Under the pieces are notes generated by a model. It was not told the origin of the DNA. It did no database searches and saw only the letters and a program-made list of their open reading frames with translations. Positions 24,548 through 38,802 of a DNA stretch of 64,000 nt are shown here, piece by piece (the stretch's first letter is position 1; the number at the start of each line of letters is the position of its first letter). The position numbers and the translations under genes were made by a program. Origin of the DNA: Vicugna vicugna (taxonomy: Eukaryota); assembly GCA_013265495.1 (NCBI GenBank), contig MU058444.1, positions 2,046,001 to 2,110,000 on the forward strand. The letters are read 5' to 3'.

Positions 24548-26251
24548 TTGCTTTTGCTTACTTTCCAAAGAATTCCCCACAAGTAGAGCCACATTTTCCA
24601 CCAGACTCAGACCTGGGGACCCAAAGAGCAGGACCAAAATGATCACTTTTGCCCATTTCCTTACAAGTAGTGAAGCAGCGGAGAGATACGAAAATCTTTT
24701 TTTATCCTACACAAATGCACAGAAAAGCCAGAGAAACGATAGCGTTTCACAAAGGCGCTGAGCGCGCTTAACTTTCATTAGTACAAAGACTGCTTGGTTG
24801 CTGTCATTTAAGCCCTCAAGCTTTAGGGCTGCACAGAAAATTCCAGAGACTCACTCCTCAAATCCTTCCCCGTCTTTGAAGCAGCAATTGCCACAGAACT
24901 TGACTTTTCTCATAGAGAATTCTCTGATATGAAATCTTTCTTTTGCAAACCAGAAGTGTGAAAGTTTGATAGAGAAATGCAGGAAGTCAGGCCAACAGTG
25001 AGGCAGTGTCCCTCTCCGTCAGGAATCAAGACCTACATTCAGAATCCCGGCTTTTGCAGTCCCGAAGGACCTAAGCATCAAAGGCACTTGACAAACAGCA
25101 AACAACTGTAATAGGAACCAAGGAGGAGAAGCAGCAGCAGCTACTTTGAAGTTCTTTTGCAAAATTCAGTCACCTAAAAATAAAGCTAATCAGGAGGAAC
25201 AAAGGAAAACGCTTTGTCAAATACATCAGCACAAAATCTGGAAGTCTGTTTGATTTCTAGTCACTTCTCCTGGGAAACAGTATGGTTTTGCCAATTCTGT
25301 TTCTTCCTGATCCTGTTTCATCCTTCAGGTGCTAGTGGGGGGGCTTTTAATGTCACACCAGCCTTTACTGGAGAGTAAAATGTACCTTGTGGCTAGAACA
25401 GGACCCCCGGCAACCCCAGGGGTACAGCAAAGGCTTGGCAGGACCGCCCCCCGCCCCGTGCTGGGATGACCCTCTCTCTGCCCCTTAGAGATGTTGAGTT
25501 CTGCAATTTGCACCTGCTACCCTAAGTGAGTCCACACTGCTGAGCCTGGCCCTGGCCCGCCGTCTCCTCCCTCTGCCCCATCACCAGGCATCACTGGGGG
25601 CCACCGGGTGTAGACGTCTCTTGGCATCAAGGTGCTCACAGTCCCATCAGAAACATTTTACTCCCAGCCCTCTGGGATGTGAGCCCATGATTTTGGTTTT
25701 TGAAAACCTGGATAACAGCAGGGAACTCTGCCCTGCCTTTGAAAATAGGAACTTCAGGAAGAAATTAAATTAATAAGGCTAAGACGACGATTAAAAAAAG
25801 GAAAAAAGGGAAAGAGCAGGAAAGGACTAGAATTCACCATTAAAGAAAATGCTGGGAGGCAAACACAAAGAGGACAAGATTTTTATGGGATGAACAAGCC
25901 CCCTCCGCAGTCAAGTTCAAAGCACGGCCGTGGTCACTCAGGAGGTCAGCCGCAAGCAACACCAGAAACAGACGCCGGCTTTCTAACCATCCTTCGACCT
26001 CCTAACTCATCTCAGGCTTCATTCCACGAGGCCCAGATCCCCGGGAAGCTTGGAGCCACCCCCGTGCCTGGATACCGCCCCCTCCACATACCCTCATCCA
26101 AGCTCCAGCACCACTGGAAGGTGCTACCTAACAGGCCACCTCCTTCTGAATCCATCAGTACTTTCCTTTTTTTTTTTTTTATTTAACTTAATTTTTTTTT
26201 TTTGAAGTATAGTCAGTTACCACCACTCAGGAAAAAAGCAGCACGCCCTAC

Positions 26252-27723
26252 CTTGAACACATCAAGCTGTTGGTTAATCGTCTCCGTTTCCATCCCGACG
26301 GGGCCTTGAGACTCCTCATGCTCTTCCGCCTTCTGGAGCAGAGAGGAGAACTCGCCCAGCTTGCTGTAGAATTCCTCCAGACGCACGATGGTCCCTTCCA
26401 CCTGCTCTCGTCTGGCTTGAGCGCGGTCCAGCAGTTTGTTGCACTGTTTGCTCAGCGCCTCCAGGTCCCGTTTGATTCCCACGAGGTCGGGAGAGGCCTC
26501 CTCCGTGGCCAGCAGCATCTTGCAGGCTTTGTTGGCGTTGGCGTTGCTCGCCATGAGCGCTTCCAGCTTCTGCAGGAAGGCCTGGATGGCCTCCTTCTGC
26601 CTCTGCAGTGTTTCCGCATCTCTCCCCACCGGGGCCATGCTGTCGAGGTCGTCGTCGAACTCGGCAAACTGAGAGAACATCTCCCGGATGGTGTTCTGGA
26701 AATGCCCGATGCCCTGCAGCTTGGTTTCTAAGAACGAGCACCTGTCACCCACCTGCTGGCTGAGCGCACTGTGCTCCTGGGCCAAGGTCTCCACCTGGAG
26801 TAACATGTCGGAGGTGCCCTTCGAGTCCGACGCCCCTGCCACGAGGTCCTGGGCGAGCCCTCTAGCCAGATCGACCTGCGGTTTCAAGGTCTGAAGCGCC
26901 TTCTGCTGGGTCTGCAATACGGTCAGGGACTTGCTGCTGTAAGCCTGAGGCCCCAGGGCGTCGTGGGCCGCGAGCTGCTCCTTTGCACCCTGAAGCTGCC
27001 TTCCAGCCTCTTTGGAAACTTCTTGAAACTCTTTAAACTTCTGGGCCAGGTTCTCCAGGGAGGACTTTTTACTGTGCAGTTGCTCAGTGACCACGTCCAC
27101 CTTCTGGAGCAGTGACTGTTCCTCCTCTGCAATCAACTCCTGGTCCACGTCGCAGACGCGGAGCAGGCTGCCGGCCGCGCCGTGTAACTGCTCCACCATC
27201 CCAAAGTGCTGGTCCATCTCCTTCTGCAGAGACGCCACCTGGGCAAGAGCCTTCTCCATCTCTGCGGGATCCAAGCCAAACTGTATCTCCTCCAGGCAGC
27301 TCTGGCATCGGTCTATCCACGGCCGGAGCGTCTGCACATGCTCTTTGTACTTGATGGCTTTTTCCAATGACTCTTTAACCCTGTCTTCTCTCTCTTTCAC
27401 CTGCTTATTAAATCCATCCCAATTGGTTTTCATCGTGTTAAGTTGTGACTGCAGGGCGACCTTCTCCGACCCTTGCGTTTTCAGCAACAGATTTTCACCC
27501 TCCGCCATGGCTTTCTCGTAAATATGGGACTGAGCGGTCAAAGTTCTCCGGAAGTCTTCCTGATCTTTGACTAACGACTCCAAGACCTCGAGTCGGGCGG
27601 AGATGGGGGGAGACTGGCTCTGCTCTTCCTTCTTGGTATCCAGCCACGCCTGGAAATCCTGAGACGTCTGCTGAAACTGATGGGAGCTGGCACAGGCCGA
27701 CTGAAGGTGCTGGACGTGGTTCT
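26252..27723 (-). CDS. DST: Dystonin exon (E)NHVQHLQ...LDVFK (1472 nt, several spectrin repeats)
   Basis: tttttag acceptor, AAG|gtaggg donor, phase 1-0. Corresponds to the 508-aa ORF in the track. Confidence 0.96.
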
Positions 27724-28490
27724 CTAAAAATGAAATCACAGACAGGTTTGTTTCACATCACGGCGTCGAGCTAAGAAGCCCAGAGAAAAGCCACCAGATA
27801 AATGCACAGAACAGTCCAAAGGCAGAGGCTGTTCGCACTGACTATGAAGACTACAGGGGAGCCTAAGTTATTGACAAAGGGGGGAAAAGTCACAACGGGA
27901 AGGAAGGAAGGAGACCACCCATGCCAGGGCTGGGGCCGCCTCCTCTCTGGGGCAGGGGAGCGACCACTGCTCGAAGCTCAAGGTGAGTGAACAGTCCACC
28001 CCTTAGCAAATGGGACTTTTCCACTTGTGAGATTTCTACCCATCACAGAGGCCAATGCAAGGCAGCGCGTGGGAAGGACATGGGTCTGGATCCCAGGGAC
28101 CTAACCTCCCCGGAGCCGGAGGACCCAGGATGAATGATGAGACATCCAAGCCTCCTCTCCCCTAACGGGAGTTGTCAGCGTTGATCGAAGCTGTCATGGG
28201 AATGAAATGACAGCACGTGCCCATAGTTCCGAGCTCAGTGCCCTTCACGTAAGTGTCGATCATGATCATCGTCATCGTAAGGGCTCGTGTTTCTTACCCA
28301 CATGTTGTCAACATGAAAGAGGTAGTCTGAAACGGCTGCTGTGATTCGTAAGCAAACCCAATCAATTAACACAAACAGCGCCTAGTGATACTTTTCAAAT
28401 ACCAAACACAGCAGCCAGTGGGCTCTCCCCTGGCTGGCCCGTCTTGAGCCCAGTAATTCACTGCTGCTCCCGCAGACAAGCTTGGACACA

Positions 28491-28570
28491 GCGGCCATGG
28501 AGTGACGGCCATGGATTGATGGCCACGGGGTGACGGCCATGGGGCAATGGCCACGAAGTGATGGCCACAG
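28491..28570. repeat. Degenerate minisatellite, about 6 copies of a 13-14 bp unit (TGAYGGCCAYGG..)
   Basis: gcggccatggagtgacggccatggattgatggccacggggtgacggccatggggcaatggccacgaagtgatggccac. Confidence 0.8.
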
Positions 28571-28977
28571 TAAGTGAGAGAAGAAAACGTGCTTGATGCT
28601 TCTCTGTCACACGTGTCTCTGGAAAAGCTTCTATGACAGAGCCAGACAAGCTAACCACTGGCAAGAAAACGATGCCCAGCCTTTTTAATAACCGTGCTCA
28701 TTTCCGCTTCCCATGAAACAAGACTGTCATATAGCAAAACCGTTTCCACCTTTAAACACCAACTTAGGAGATCTGGCATCTTAACAGGCCTCTATTACGT
28801 GGACTTTGCCGGCGTTCGGTCCCCCCGCATCCGTGTGGACGCCCCCCCGACGCCATGTGTGCCCGTCTCTGTGGGCAGGTCCCCTGCAGGGGCCCGGATC
28901 AGCCCGCAGCTCGGAAACCGGCAGCTCACTGATCCCTACTTCCAGGAAGCACGTGCATTAAGAGCAGACACACAAAC

Positions 28978-29473
28978 CTGCTTTTTGCTCGATATCCTTA
29001 AATGACTTTAAGATGCCTTCCAGCTGCCGACTGAGTTCTGCTTTCAAGTACTCCTCTTTAACCAGGGCCGACAGGTCATCGCACAGGGCCTGGGCCACCT
29101 GGATCTGCTTCGTTTGCTGCTCTATCTCCTGCTTCAGCTCGCGGGCGGCTTCCAGCTGCTGGTTCATCGCGTCGGGGAGGGGGCCGCCAGCCATGCTGCT
29201 GCTCAGTCTGCGATCCAAATCGCCCAGTCTGTCGGACAGGCTTCTCAGGAGGCCCTGGTACTGCGTGCTTTTAACAATGGCCTGGTCAATCCGGTCACAT
29301 CTGTCACTCAGTTGTCCTGTGAGGCTGTCCCACTTTTGGGTCACGGCTGCCAGTTGCTCCTTCACGATCCCGTGGAAAGAAGGGTGCTCCCCGGGCCTGC
29401 ACAGGATGCCCTGACCAGCCGCTGTCAGCTGCTCGTACTGAGGTTTCCTGGTATCAAATTCTTGCAGCAGAAT
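28978..29473 (-). CDS. DST: Dystonin exon ILLQEFDT...IEQKA(E) (496 nt)
   Basis: ccttag acceptor, CAG|gtttgt donor, phase 0-1. Confidence 0.95.
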
Positions 29474-30033
29474 CTAAGGGAAAGAGGTAGCGAGGGTGAG
29501 TGCACACATGAATGATGGGATAATTAATTACAGAAAACACAGCTGTAAGCTTCCAAACAGACAGGAATGGTAGATATTTATCTAGATTTTGTTTGTTTGT
29601 TTGTTTTCCGTTACTGTTTTCCTAGAGTGTATTTCAAAGGCACCGCAATTATCCTAACCTAATCCAAAGAGCAGTGGTGCTTCTAGAGATGACATTCTGC
29701 CTAAAATAATATTTAAAAAAAGAGAATAAATATTTTTGCTGCTCTGGGAAACATGAACTCTTACTCATTTTGTTCATTTATGTACGACTTTTCACATACG
29801 AATGCTGCTTTGAGACAGGTTCACATCACATGAACACCAAATTTGATTTTTCCAACTTGTATTTTCCTTTTTGTAGGATTTTTTAAAATACTCTATAGCA
29901 ATTGACACCAAAGGAAACACACAGTACTAACAGCGATTGTTAGGATATAGTAACTCACGTGCATTGATTTACAAAGGTTCTTCTTAAACATAAGATTGAT
30001 GTTTACAGTCTTTATTGAAAAGATCTAGCTAAT

Positions 30034-30174
30034 GGGAGTGGGGAGGGTGTAGCTCAAGTGGTAGAGCACATGTTTAGCATGCATGAGGTCCTGGGTTCCG
30101 TCCCCAGTAGCCCCCTCTAGAAATAAATGAGTAAGACTACTTACCTCCCCCCCAAGTTTTTTTTTTAATTAAAA
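30034..30174 (+). mobile_element. tRNA-derived SINE (Vic-1-like)
   Basis: Consensus head. Approximate TSD AAAAGATYTAGCYAAT. Confidence 0.87.
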
Positions 30175-31036
30175 AAAAGATTTAGCCAATAAATCACATT
30201 GCTCCAAGGGTGTGGGCTCACACTGGCTCTCCTTATGAAACAAACGATCTCCAAGTGCCCTTCTTTTAGTAGAATGTTTTCTCTCTCCCTGGGAGACTAC
30301 GGACAGTTCTCTCTCCTCAAATGTTTGTTTGTATCTTTTGTTTCCATTCTATTCAGACTTAGAACATACAAGACCAGGACAGCACATGACTCTCAGTTAC
30401 GAAGACTGATCTGTGTTTTCAGGGAGTACAGACCAGCCTCCTGCTCCAACAGCAAACACTCAGACGTCAAGAAAACTAACTAACCACGCGGGGCTTCTGC
30501 GATCACATCTGACTTACGGTTTCTGGATTTTTCTCCCCTTGCGAATTTATCAATTTATAATGAGACAAGTCTAACTAACCCTCCGGGTTTCAAGGTTCCT
30601 TTCCTGCCCCCCTAATTCTGTCTCCTCTTCTTAGTCTTCCCGACTCGGGGCTGCAATGCACGAGCTTTGTAAATTTCATTATCTACTACCACAATCAACG
30701 TGAATAAAACCTCAAAGGAATAATCTCTAAACAATAAGAAGCATATTAATAGTGTCTCATAAAAATGTCATTACTTACGCAATCACATTAGTACTTCAAA
30801 GGTCCCCCTTTAACAGGGGCCGCACAAACCACCACATGACGCTAACGATCAGGGCACCCGACCACGGGTGGGCTCAGTGGGCCACTCAGGGACGCTCAGA
30901 GCGTTAGTCCTCACGACGAAACCTTATGGGCACGTGAAATATGACAAACACACTCCAAGGCAGGAAGAGAACATCTGGTCCAAGCAAATGCGGCTGTAAT
31001 GGAAACAGCCATCCTGCGAAGTCAGGCAACACTCAC

Positions 31037-31236
31037 CTGCACCTGCTGCCTTTGTGTGCTCAGCATATTGGGGTCGATGGACAAGGGCCCAAGGACACTG
31101 ACCATCAGTTCTTTTTCGACGAGCCACTGTTTAAGCTGAGCCTCTACCGTCTGGAATTGGGTTAGATTATTTGAGGATTCTTGCAGTTTCTGTTGTCTGT
31201 CAACTGTTAACTGATTGAGCTCTTGCCACTTGGAAT
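31037..31236 (-). CDS. DST: Dystonin exon (D)SKWQELN...RQQVQ (200 nt)
   Basis: ttttag acceptor, CAG|gtgagt donor, phase 1-0. Confidence 0.95.
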
Positions 31237-31912
31237 CTAAAAGCCAAAGATAAAGGATGAGACAGGTTTGGTTTTTCATGCACCCAATGCAACTACATCT
31301 ATAAAGACCATAGGAAAGACAAAAATGAAACATGGTGGTGTCATTCCCTCTTCATAATGCTTCTTTGATCATGGATTAAGACCTAACTGCATTTATGGAT
31401 ACAGATTTTTTTGGATCTGATGGATGTGTGTCAACTGAGGTGTAAGAAAAAAAAATCTGAATCTGATTTTGGAAGATAGTGCAGATTATGGAATATTCCT
31501 GAGAACCTCCTTCCTTCCAGAAGTCCGGCCGAGTCTGTTTACTCCACTGTAACAGACCTGCTAGAAACAACAGCAGATCTTCGATGACGCTCAACCATTC
31601 TTTTTGATGCAAACCACACACTAGCAACCAGCTGCTCCAGTGTTAGACCAGGAAATCTCACCAACCCTTTAAACTCAACACTAGGGGGGAAAAAAAGCTC
31701 ATGATCTTCCTATCAAAGCAGGTGAGTTTTTCCATCTTAGATTTCTTTCTAAGGTTATTCTCAGGCACATTGTGGGACGCAATAATTCAGGACGCTCCTT
31801 CGTGCGTCTCCGAACCATCCTCTATCTCCATCACAAAACCTTAAACCCACCCACCTTCCATCCCCAATACCAGAGTAATTCCGCGTTGGTCCTCACTGCG
31901 TTCTGCCCAGAC

Positions 31913-32093
31913 CTGTGGTTCTCAAACTTCAGCTGCATCAGAGTCTCCTGGAGGGAAGACCGCTGACACGCTGGCCCACCCCTAGCGTGACCCACGCAGC
32001 AGGTCCGAGGTGAGGCCTGCTGGCTGCATTTCGAACACGTCCCCAGGTGATGCTCTGCTCTTGCTCCCAGGAACACACTTCGGAGAACTGCAG
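31913..32093. mobile_element. MER5A-like hAT-Charlie MITE
   Basis: TGGTTCTCAAACTT...CATCAGAGTCTCCTGGAGG...CCCAGGTGATGCT...ACACTTCGGAGAAC with degenerate terminal inverted repeats. Confidence 0.75.
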
Positions 32094-33521
32094 ACCTAGA
32101 CTGCCAGCCTCGCATCCAGTTGCCCTGTGATTAGTGTTCCTCAACTGCAATTTATTTGGTTCTACTATCATTTCCCTAAGACTCGCTTAAAGATGTCACT
32201 TCTGCGCTCAGACCCTTCAGTAATCCATTCCTCTCCACCTGGATGGGGAAATCTGAATTCTTCTGCTTGACGTCCAAAGTCTCCCCATAACTGGCCCTCA
32301 TCTGCTGGTCCGAGAGGGTCTGTCCAATGGAAGCCTCTAGTCTAGCCCTGCCAATTTCCCCATCCTTGTCCAAACCTGTTCACACAGGCCCTAGCCCCAC
32401 CAGCTCCAGCCCCCACCCGTCCACCCCCACCTTCTTCACGAGTCCACTGTCCACTGGTTCTCACCCTCTGACAGGACACCCTTCCTGCCCTTCTCCCTGA
32501 AGCCAGAGTGACTGATCACTGTCTGAACACACTGGTCACTCAATTAGTCACTCAACAAACAAGTCGCTTGTGGTATGTGATTAGCTCCTTTGACAGAATT
32601 TTTTTCACCTAGCATAATATGTGGAAGAGCTGCTTTTAACAGAACCCAATCCCTGAAACCTTACCTAATGGCATCATTCTATATGGCATGTCTTAGTCAA
32701 ACACAATCTGACAACAAAATAATGCAATTAAAGCCACAGAGCGAGAAGGAGAAATTTCCAAATCTCATCAGGAAGCTTTTTTGAAATATACATTCTTCAC
32801 TCCCAGCCCTCTTCTAAAACACCTTGAGAGCGTGCTAAGTAATTCTCATATTCCCGGTGAAAGCCCCTGAATTAGAGACCAATTAATTATAATGCAACAG
32901 GAGACTCTATCGTTGGATTAAATATGCATCATAACATTAAGATCCCTTAGGAGGGTCCTTATCAAACTGAAACATACTTAGAGATGTCTAAATTTATCAT
33001 AGCCTAGCTGACTCGAAAGGAAGGACAATATTTAGCTGAATACAATGGAACAATTGAAAGTCAAGTAATTCTTATTACAGTCACTGTAAACACGCAGCAC
33101 TTATGACGTGTCAGGTAACGTTTGAGCTGCACACATATTAACTCACTCAATTCTCCAAATGACACTGTGAAGTTGGGTGGGGGGATGAGCATCACTGTCT
33201 GACACTCATTTCCGTATCATTAAAATAATGAAAAGAGGTGACAAGATCATAGGGCTCATGAAGGAAATTCTGCATCTACAAGGAAGAATTTACACCAAGA
33301 AGGAATGGAGATGGGAGGAGAACTCTGGATACAGAGTCCAAACCCCAGACGTCCCACGCCAGCTGGAGAAGAGACGGACCACAAGAAGTTGGGGCTGGAG
33401 GGGGCCCAGCAGAAACTTCACACAGGAGAAGGGACCCACCTTTTCCAGATGAACAAAAAGAAATATCTACACTAAACTATAATACAGTAGAAAAAATTAG
33501 AAGCACAACTCTAGTTTAAAA

Positions 33522-34093
33522 AAATGCACCCCAATGTTCATAGCAGCACTATTTACAATAGCCAAGACATGGAAGCAACCTAAATGTCCGTCGACAGATG
33601 ACTGGACAAAGAAGTTGTGATATATTTATACAATGGAATACTACTCGGCCATAAAAAAGAATAAAATAATGCCATTTGCAGCAACACGGAAGGACTTGGA
33701 GATGGTCATTCCAAGTGAAGTAAGTCAGACAAAGAAAAATACCATCATTTATATGTAGAATCTTCGGGAAAAAAAGACAAATGAACTTATATATGAAACA
33801 GAAACAGACTCATAGACATTGAAAACAAACTTATGGTTATGGCGGGGGAGGGGGTGGGAAGGGATAAATTGGGACTTTGAGATTTGCAGATACTAACATG
33901 TAAAACAGATGAACAAGTTCATACTGAATAGCACAGGGAACTATATTCAATATTTTGTAGAAACTTATGGTGAAAAGAATATGAAAATGAATATATATAT
34001 GTTCATGCATGTCTGAAGCATTGTGCTGTACACCAGAAACTGACACAGCATTGTAAACTGACTAGACGTCAATAAAATATATATATACAAAAA
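33522..34093 (+). mobile_element. 5'-truncated LINE-1 (ORF2 C-terminus and 3' UTR)
   Basis: ATGTTCATAGCAGCACTATTTACAATAGCCAAGACATGGAAGCAACC. TSD TCTAGTTTAAAA at 33510-33521 and 34094-34105. Confidence 0.9.
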
Positions 34094-34380
34094 TCTAGTT
34101 TAAAAGAAACCAACTTTAAGGAAAACATGGTGCTCAAGGCAGAACACCTACCTTCTTCACAAAAATCAATACTGTGCTGAGCAAGAAGAACACACGACAG
34201 GCCGAGCCCCAGCACCAGGCAATCTGAAGTGACATTGTGGAACATGCAAAAATAGGTTCTGAGACCTGAAAGCCAATCCCAAAGTAAGGGAGGCAGGTGG
34301 ACAGATGTTTTCTGATAAGCATGATGACAAAAGAACATTGGAGCCTCTGTGCATGGCTGTGGGTGTCGGTAATAACGTAC

Positions 34381-34510
34381 CTATTTCTGTCAACATCCGC
34401 TTCCACTTGGGGGCCTCCGGGGTCTCGGGGTTCTCCTCCAAGAGCTCAGTCAGTTTGTCCTTCAGCTCCTGCACTTTGTTTACATTTTGCTTCAGTTCTG
34501 CCTCGAATGA
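34381..34510 (-). CDS. DST: Dystonin exon SFEAELKQ...MLTEI(D) (130 nt)
   Basis: gttag acceptor, TAG|gtacgt donor, phase 0-1. Confidence 0.94.
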
Positions 34511-34737
34511 CTAACAGAGGAAAAAACAAAAGAAGTAACCACATTAAAGCATGTCAACCTCCAGAGACAAAATCAGTTACAGCAGAGCATCTTTTCTCTC
34601 ACATGACCCAAAGGGGGAAATAAAACCACTGTTAAAGGCTGAAGTGCACGCAGGACTTGGAGTCAGCAGCTAATTTCTGCGTGCCTTTCTTCTTCTTAAC
34701 TTGTCTTCAAATATCTGATAAAAGAATCCTGGGGAGC

Positions 34738-34858
34738 GGGGAAGGGTCTAGCTCAGTGGTAGAGCACGTGCTTAGCATGTGCAAGGTCCTGGGTTCAATC
34801 TCTAGTCCCTCCATTAAATAAATAAATAAACCTAATTACCTACCCCCCTTTTAAAAAA
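34738..34858 (+). mobile_element. tRNA-derived SINE (Vic-1-like)
   Basis: Consensus head and tail. Confidence 0.87.
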
Positions 34859-34944
34859 GGCTAATTTAGTAATCTGTAGACACTTTTGTGAGTATTGCCA
34901 CAGTCTAAAACCATTTTCCCAATCCTGACAGTTGTAGAAAGAAC

Positions 34945-35418
34945 GGAATACTACTGAGCCATAAAAAAGAATAAAATAATGCCATTTGCAGCAACATGGA
35001 TGGACCTGGAGATCATCATTCTAAGTGAAGTGAGCCAGAAAGAGAAAGAAAAACACTATATGATATCAATTATATGTGGAATCTAAATAAAAAAGATGCA
35101 AATGAACCTATTTACAAAACAGAAACAGACTCACAGACACAGAAAACAAACTGATGGTTACCAGTGGGCGAAGTGGGTGGGAAGGGATAAAATGGGAGTT
35201 CAAGATTTGCAGATACTAACTACTATATATAAAATAGACAAACAGCAAGTTTCTACTGCATAGCACAGGGAACTATATTCAGTATCTCGCAGTAACCTAT
35301 AACGAAAAAGAATATGAAAAGGAATCTATGTATGTACGTGTATGACTGAAACATGATGCTGTGCACCAGAAATTGACACCACATTGTAAACTGACTATAC
35401 TTCAATTAAAAAAAAAAA
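34945..35418 (+). mobile_element. 5'-truncated LINE-1
   Basis: GCCATTTGCAGCAACATGGATGGACCTGGAG...poly-A; similar to the 33.5-kb copy. Confidence 0.9.
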
Positions 35419-35763
35419 GAAAGGAATACCGTCTATTAAAGAAAGGAAATACACAGACTCCTCTACCTTCCACCGGACAGAAAAGCTGACACCCTCAGCT
35501 CTTAAATCAATCTTTTCCAATAGTGCGCTGGTTAAAATCCCGCACTGAAACTGACTTAAAGGTGGCAGAGTCACTCACACCCAACAGTTCACTCATCTTT
35601 ATAACGTCTGTGAGCAGACACCGGTGACGGTCATCCCCCGTCTCTACAGAAAGGCGCGTTAAACATGGCTGGCCAACTAGCCGCTGAAGGTTATGGAGCC
35701 AGAAATCCGAACCAGGTCCCAGGGCTCGGCTCTGCAGGCTAGAAAGGTACCCGCGGGCTCTAC

Positions 35764-36005
35764 CTTGTTCTGCTCCACCTGACTCTTCACGGCTTCGGCA
35801 TCCGTGGGTGCGGGTGCCTGGTGCCACTTTGCTGCGGTTCTGTTCATCTCGTGCAGCCACTGCATCATCGCGCTCGAGTCTTCCTGCGCCTTCTGCAGTC
35901 TGGAGAGCTTGGTACTCAGCTCGGCTATTTTGTCCTTAAGTAAGAGGCCAAGATCTTCGTAGCCATGGCTTATGTCTGTCATGTCCTTTTTAATGGATGT
36001 TAATC
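35764..36005 (-). CDS. DST: Dystonin exon (G)LTSIKKD...VEQNK (242 nt)
   Basis: tttag acceptor, AAG|gtagag donor, phase 1-0. Confidence 0.94.
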
Positions 36006-36617
36006 CTAAACGTAAGAAAAAAAACATCACACGGACACATTTTCAGGGCATTGGGAGGAGAGCTCTAGAAATAGAAATTTGCTTTCTATGATGTTGCCTT
36101 CTGTTTTGTCCATATTAAGCCTACTAGGAGAAAGTCAGAGACTTTTTGGAATGAAAATGTGACATCATCTTCCAGTGCTATGTAACGGCAAATCATTTAG
36201 GGACACTGCATCATACAGGTGAAGGGAGACAGATACTTCAAATGGAACAACACACTCAAACAGTGAAATGTTACTTATTAATTCCTCAGGCATCAAATTC
36301 AAGAAAAAATAGCCCAAATCATGTTATCCCAAGGGACAAAATATCTCAAGTTAACCAAAAAGAGGAAAACATAACCAAATGCCAAACTGAATGACTAGAT
36401 CTCACTAATTTCAGGTGAACAAAATAGCATGGAATAAATACATTACTGATGGACCACAAGATCATACCAGTATCATTTTAACTCAAGCCTGAAATTTCGA
36501 TATAACTACTGTTCATCCCACAAAGGATTTCCTCTTGGAAGAAACCAAACCACATTATTTTAATCAATAGGCATTTAATTTAATTTAATTTAATTCAATC
36601 AGTAAGTTGCTCTTTAC

Positions 36618-36680
36618 CTTTATTTGCCAAAATTTCCTGAGTATCTGTGGCTGTTGCTTCACCATTTACTATCACTCCAC
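36618..36680 (-). CDS. DST: Dystonin exon (G)GVIVNGEATATDTQEILANK(G) (63 nt)
   Basis: tttgcag acceptor, AAG|gtaaag donor. Symmetric phase 1-1 linker exon. Confidence 0.9.
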
Positions 36681-37464
36681 CTGCAAAAATATTAACACTG
36701 AAGTCATATAGGTTCCTGCATGTCTACACAATAGCAGGCGGTGTTAAATCAAACCCCATACACAATCCTTTACAACTGTCATTACTAGTTGAAAATGCAA
36801 AGTATTGATTCAATTTCAAAATCACAGGAAGGTCTAAAATGTAAAGACCAAGCTATATCCTCTCTTCTATATAAAATTTATTCTTTAATTGATTACCTGA
36901 TCAACATCAACACGAGTGTTTCGGTAAATTTAGATGATTACTTTGATCATTAAATATTAATTTAGAAGACAATTTTATGATAAAGTTGTTTCAACGCTCA
37001 AGTAATTTTAGGGGTAAGTTCCTGGTCGCTACATGTGTTGCATGAAACACGAATGCCAGACGCATACACGAACGTTTGTCTTGGAAGGAACTAAAGATTG
37101 TTTGCTGCAGTTACACTGTGTGATCATGGGTTTACCAGAGGTGGAGTGATGTGAAAAAACATGAAAGAGAAGTTGAAAGTGAAAAAAAAACAAAAGCCTA
37201 CAGCGTGTACACACAGGGAGAGGAGGTACAGTGGCTGGGGGCCCCGGGCTCTGGTGCACGACTCGCCTGAACTTAAATCCCGGCCCCACTCATCACTCCC
37301 CCGGCGCCGGGACAGGCTCATCACCACCCCACCAAACTGATCAAGATATTAATACCCATCTCGGGAGACCACGGTGGGAATTAGAGACAGTTACCCTCTT
37401 GCCTAACAAACAGGACTGCTCAGTGAGCAGCAGTCATTATTATTTCTCTTTAATTATATACACA

Positions 37465-37515
37465 GCTGTACACCAGAAACTGATGCACTGCAACTGACTA
37501 TACTTCAATAAAAAA
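37465..37515 (+). mobile_element. Ultra-short LINE-1 3' tip
   Basis: About 50 nt of the L1 end with TSD AATTATATACACA (37452-37464, 37516-37528). Confidence 0.8.
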
Positions 37516-38802
37516 AATTATATACACATCCAGTACTGGTACCCTTTTCATAATCAGAATATTAAAGAATCAATTAGCCCTTCTCCTGTTGGTACACATT
37601 GGTTCCCTACCAAAACTCAAAGACATTTCTGTAAACTGACCACAGAAAAATAGGTCTAAACAAACAAAAACACTGAAATATCTGAATCTTAACCTAAGTT
37701 TGGTCCCTTCCAAAAAAAAAAAAAAATCGCACACAATGGCATTTTGGATGGAAGTGAAAATATCCTTGTAGAGGCTCAGGATTGGTTCCTACCATGCTTG
37801 GGAGTTGTCAGGAGCTGGAAAAAACACTTTTTACTTATTATAAATATAAAGTGGGCACAAAGAATGAATATGAAACATGCTAGAATTCCTTCCCTTTTCT
37901 TAAAAAAAGACTTGACATTTCAGGAAATCTGATTAGGAACGAAAGAAGAGACCATCTTCCACATATGCTATGAGGGTGCCCTGAAAAGGGATTAACAGAG
38001 CGGAATAAATGGTGGCTTGCAAGGGGTCCAGCTGGACCGTCGGTCTCACAATAGGGCCAGCTGGGGGCTGGGCAGAGTAGATCAGCCACAGACGGACGAG
38101 CCTCAGAAACTCTCAGAGCAAAGACATGGGATCTGCCTCCTGCCAATTCTTGGGATTATTTTAAACCTAATATAATAATATAAACATGCTTGAAACTTAA
38201 AACTCTATCCACAACTTCAATTAATTTTAGAACCATTATCTATACGTGACTCCCCTTCTGGTGAGACGTGTGGTTCAGAGATAAGACTGTGATTCAGACG
38301 TGTTGGGGAACACGCGTTAGAACTACTTTCTCTGGGAACCGTGCAAGGAATAAAGAAGATGCAAACAAATTAAGAAAGGTCCACCTGACAGAAAGGAACC
38401 TGCTTCCTTCCCTCACTGCCTTCCTCCCCAGGAGCCAAGCCTCATTTCTTTAGCAAATATTTGACACAGAATTTCTGTATCTCCATCAATCAAGGTAAAA
38501 AGAGACAAACAGGAATCTGACCTTTCCCCTTCCCCAGTATAATGCTCCTGATTCTTACCCACTAATCTGGCTAACACTTTAAATTGTAGTCTTTAAGAAG
38601 ACGAAACATAAATGACCTGAAATCTGACCAGCACACATACTTCTCCAGGGCAGCTTTTAGAGTGTTTGTAGATGTCACTTTCCCTTGGGCTCTCTGAGGT
38701 CACGTATGCATTCATTTAAAAAAAATAACACATACAACTAAAATCAACGTGGGCGGGCCCAATTCTTACAGGTTTTGCCGTGAATGTCAACAAAGCACAT
38801 AC

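Noticed and set aside
26252..27723. MACF1 as the gene identity
   Set aside because: The peptides (for example [11 protein letters not shown] and [17 protein letters not shown]) match dystonin rather than MACF1 as I recall them.
28491..28570. Repeat array as a CRISPR-like structure
   Set aside because: Short degenerate tandem units with no spacers, in a mammalian intron; an ordinary minisatellite.
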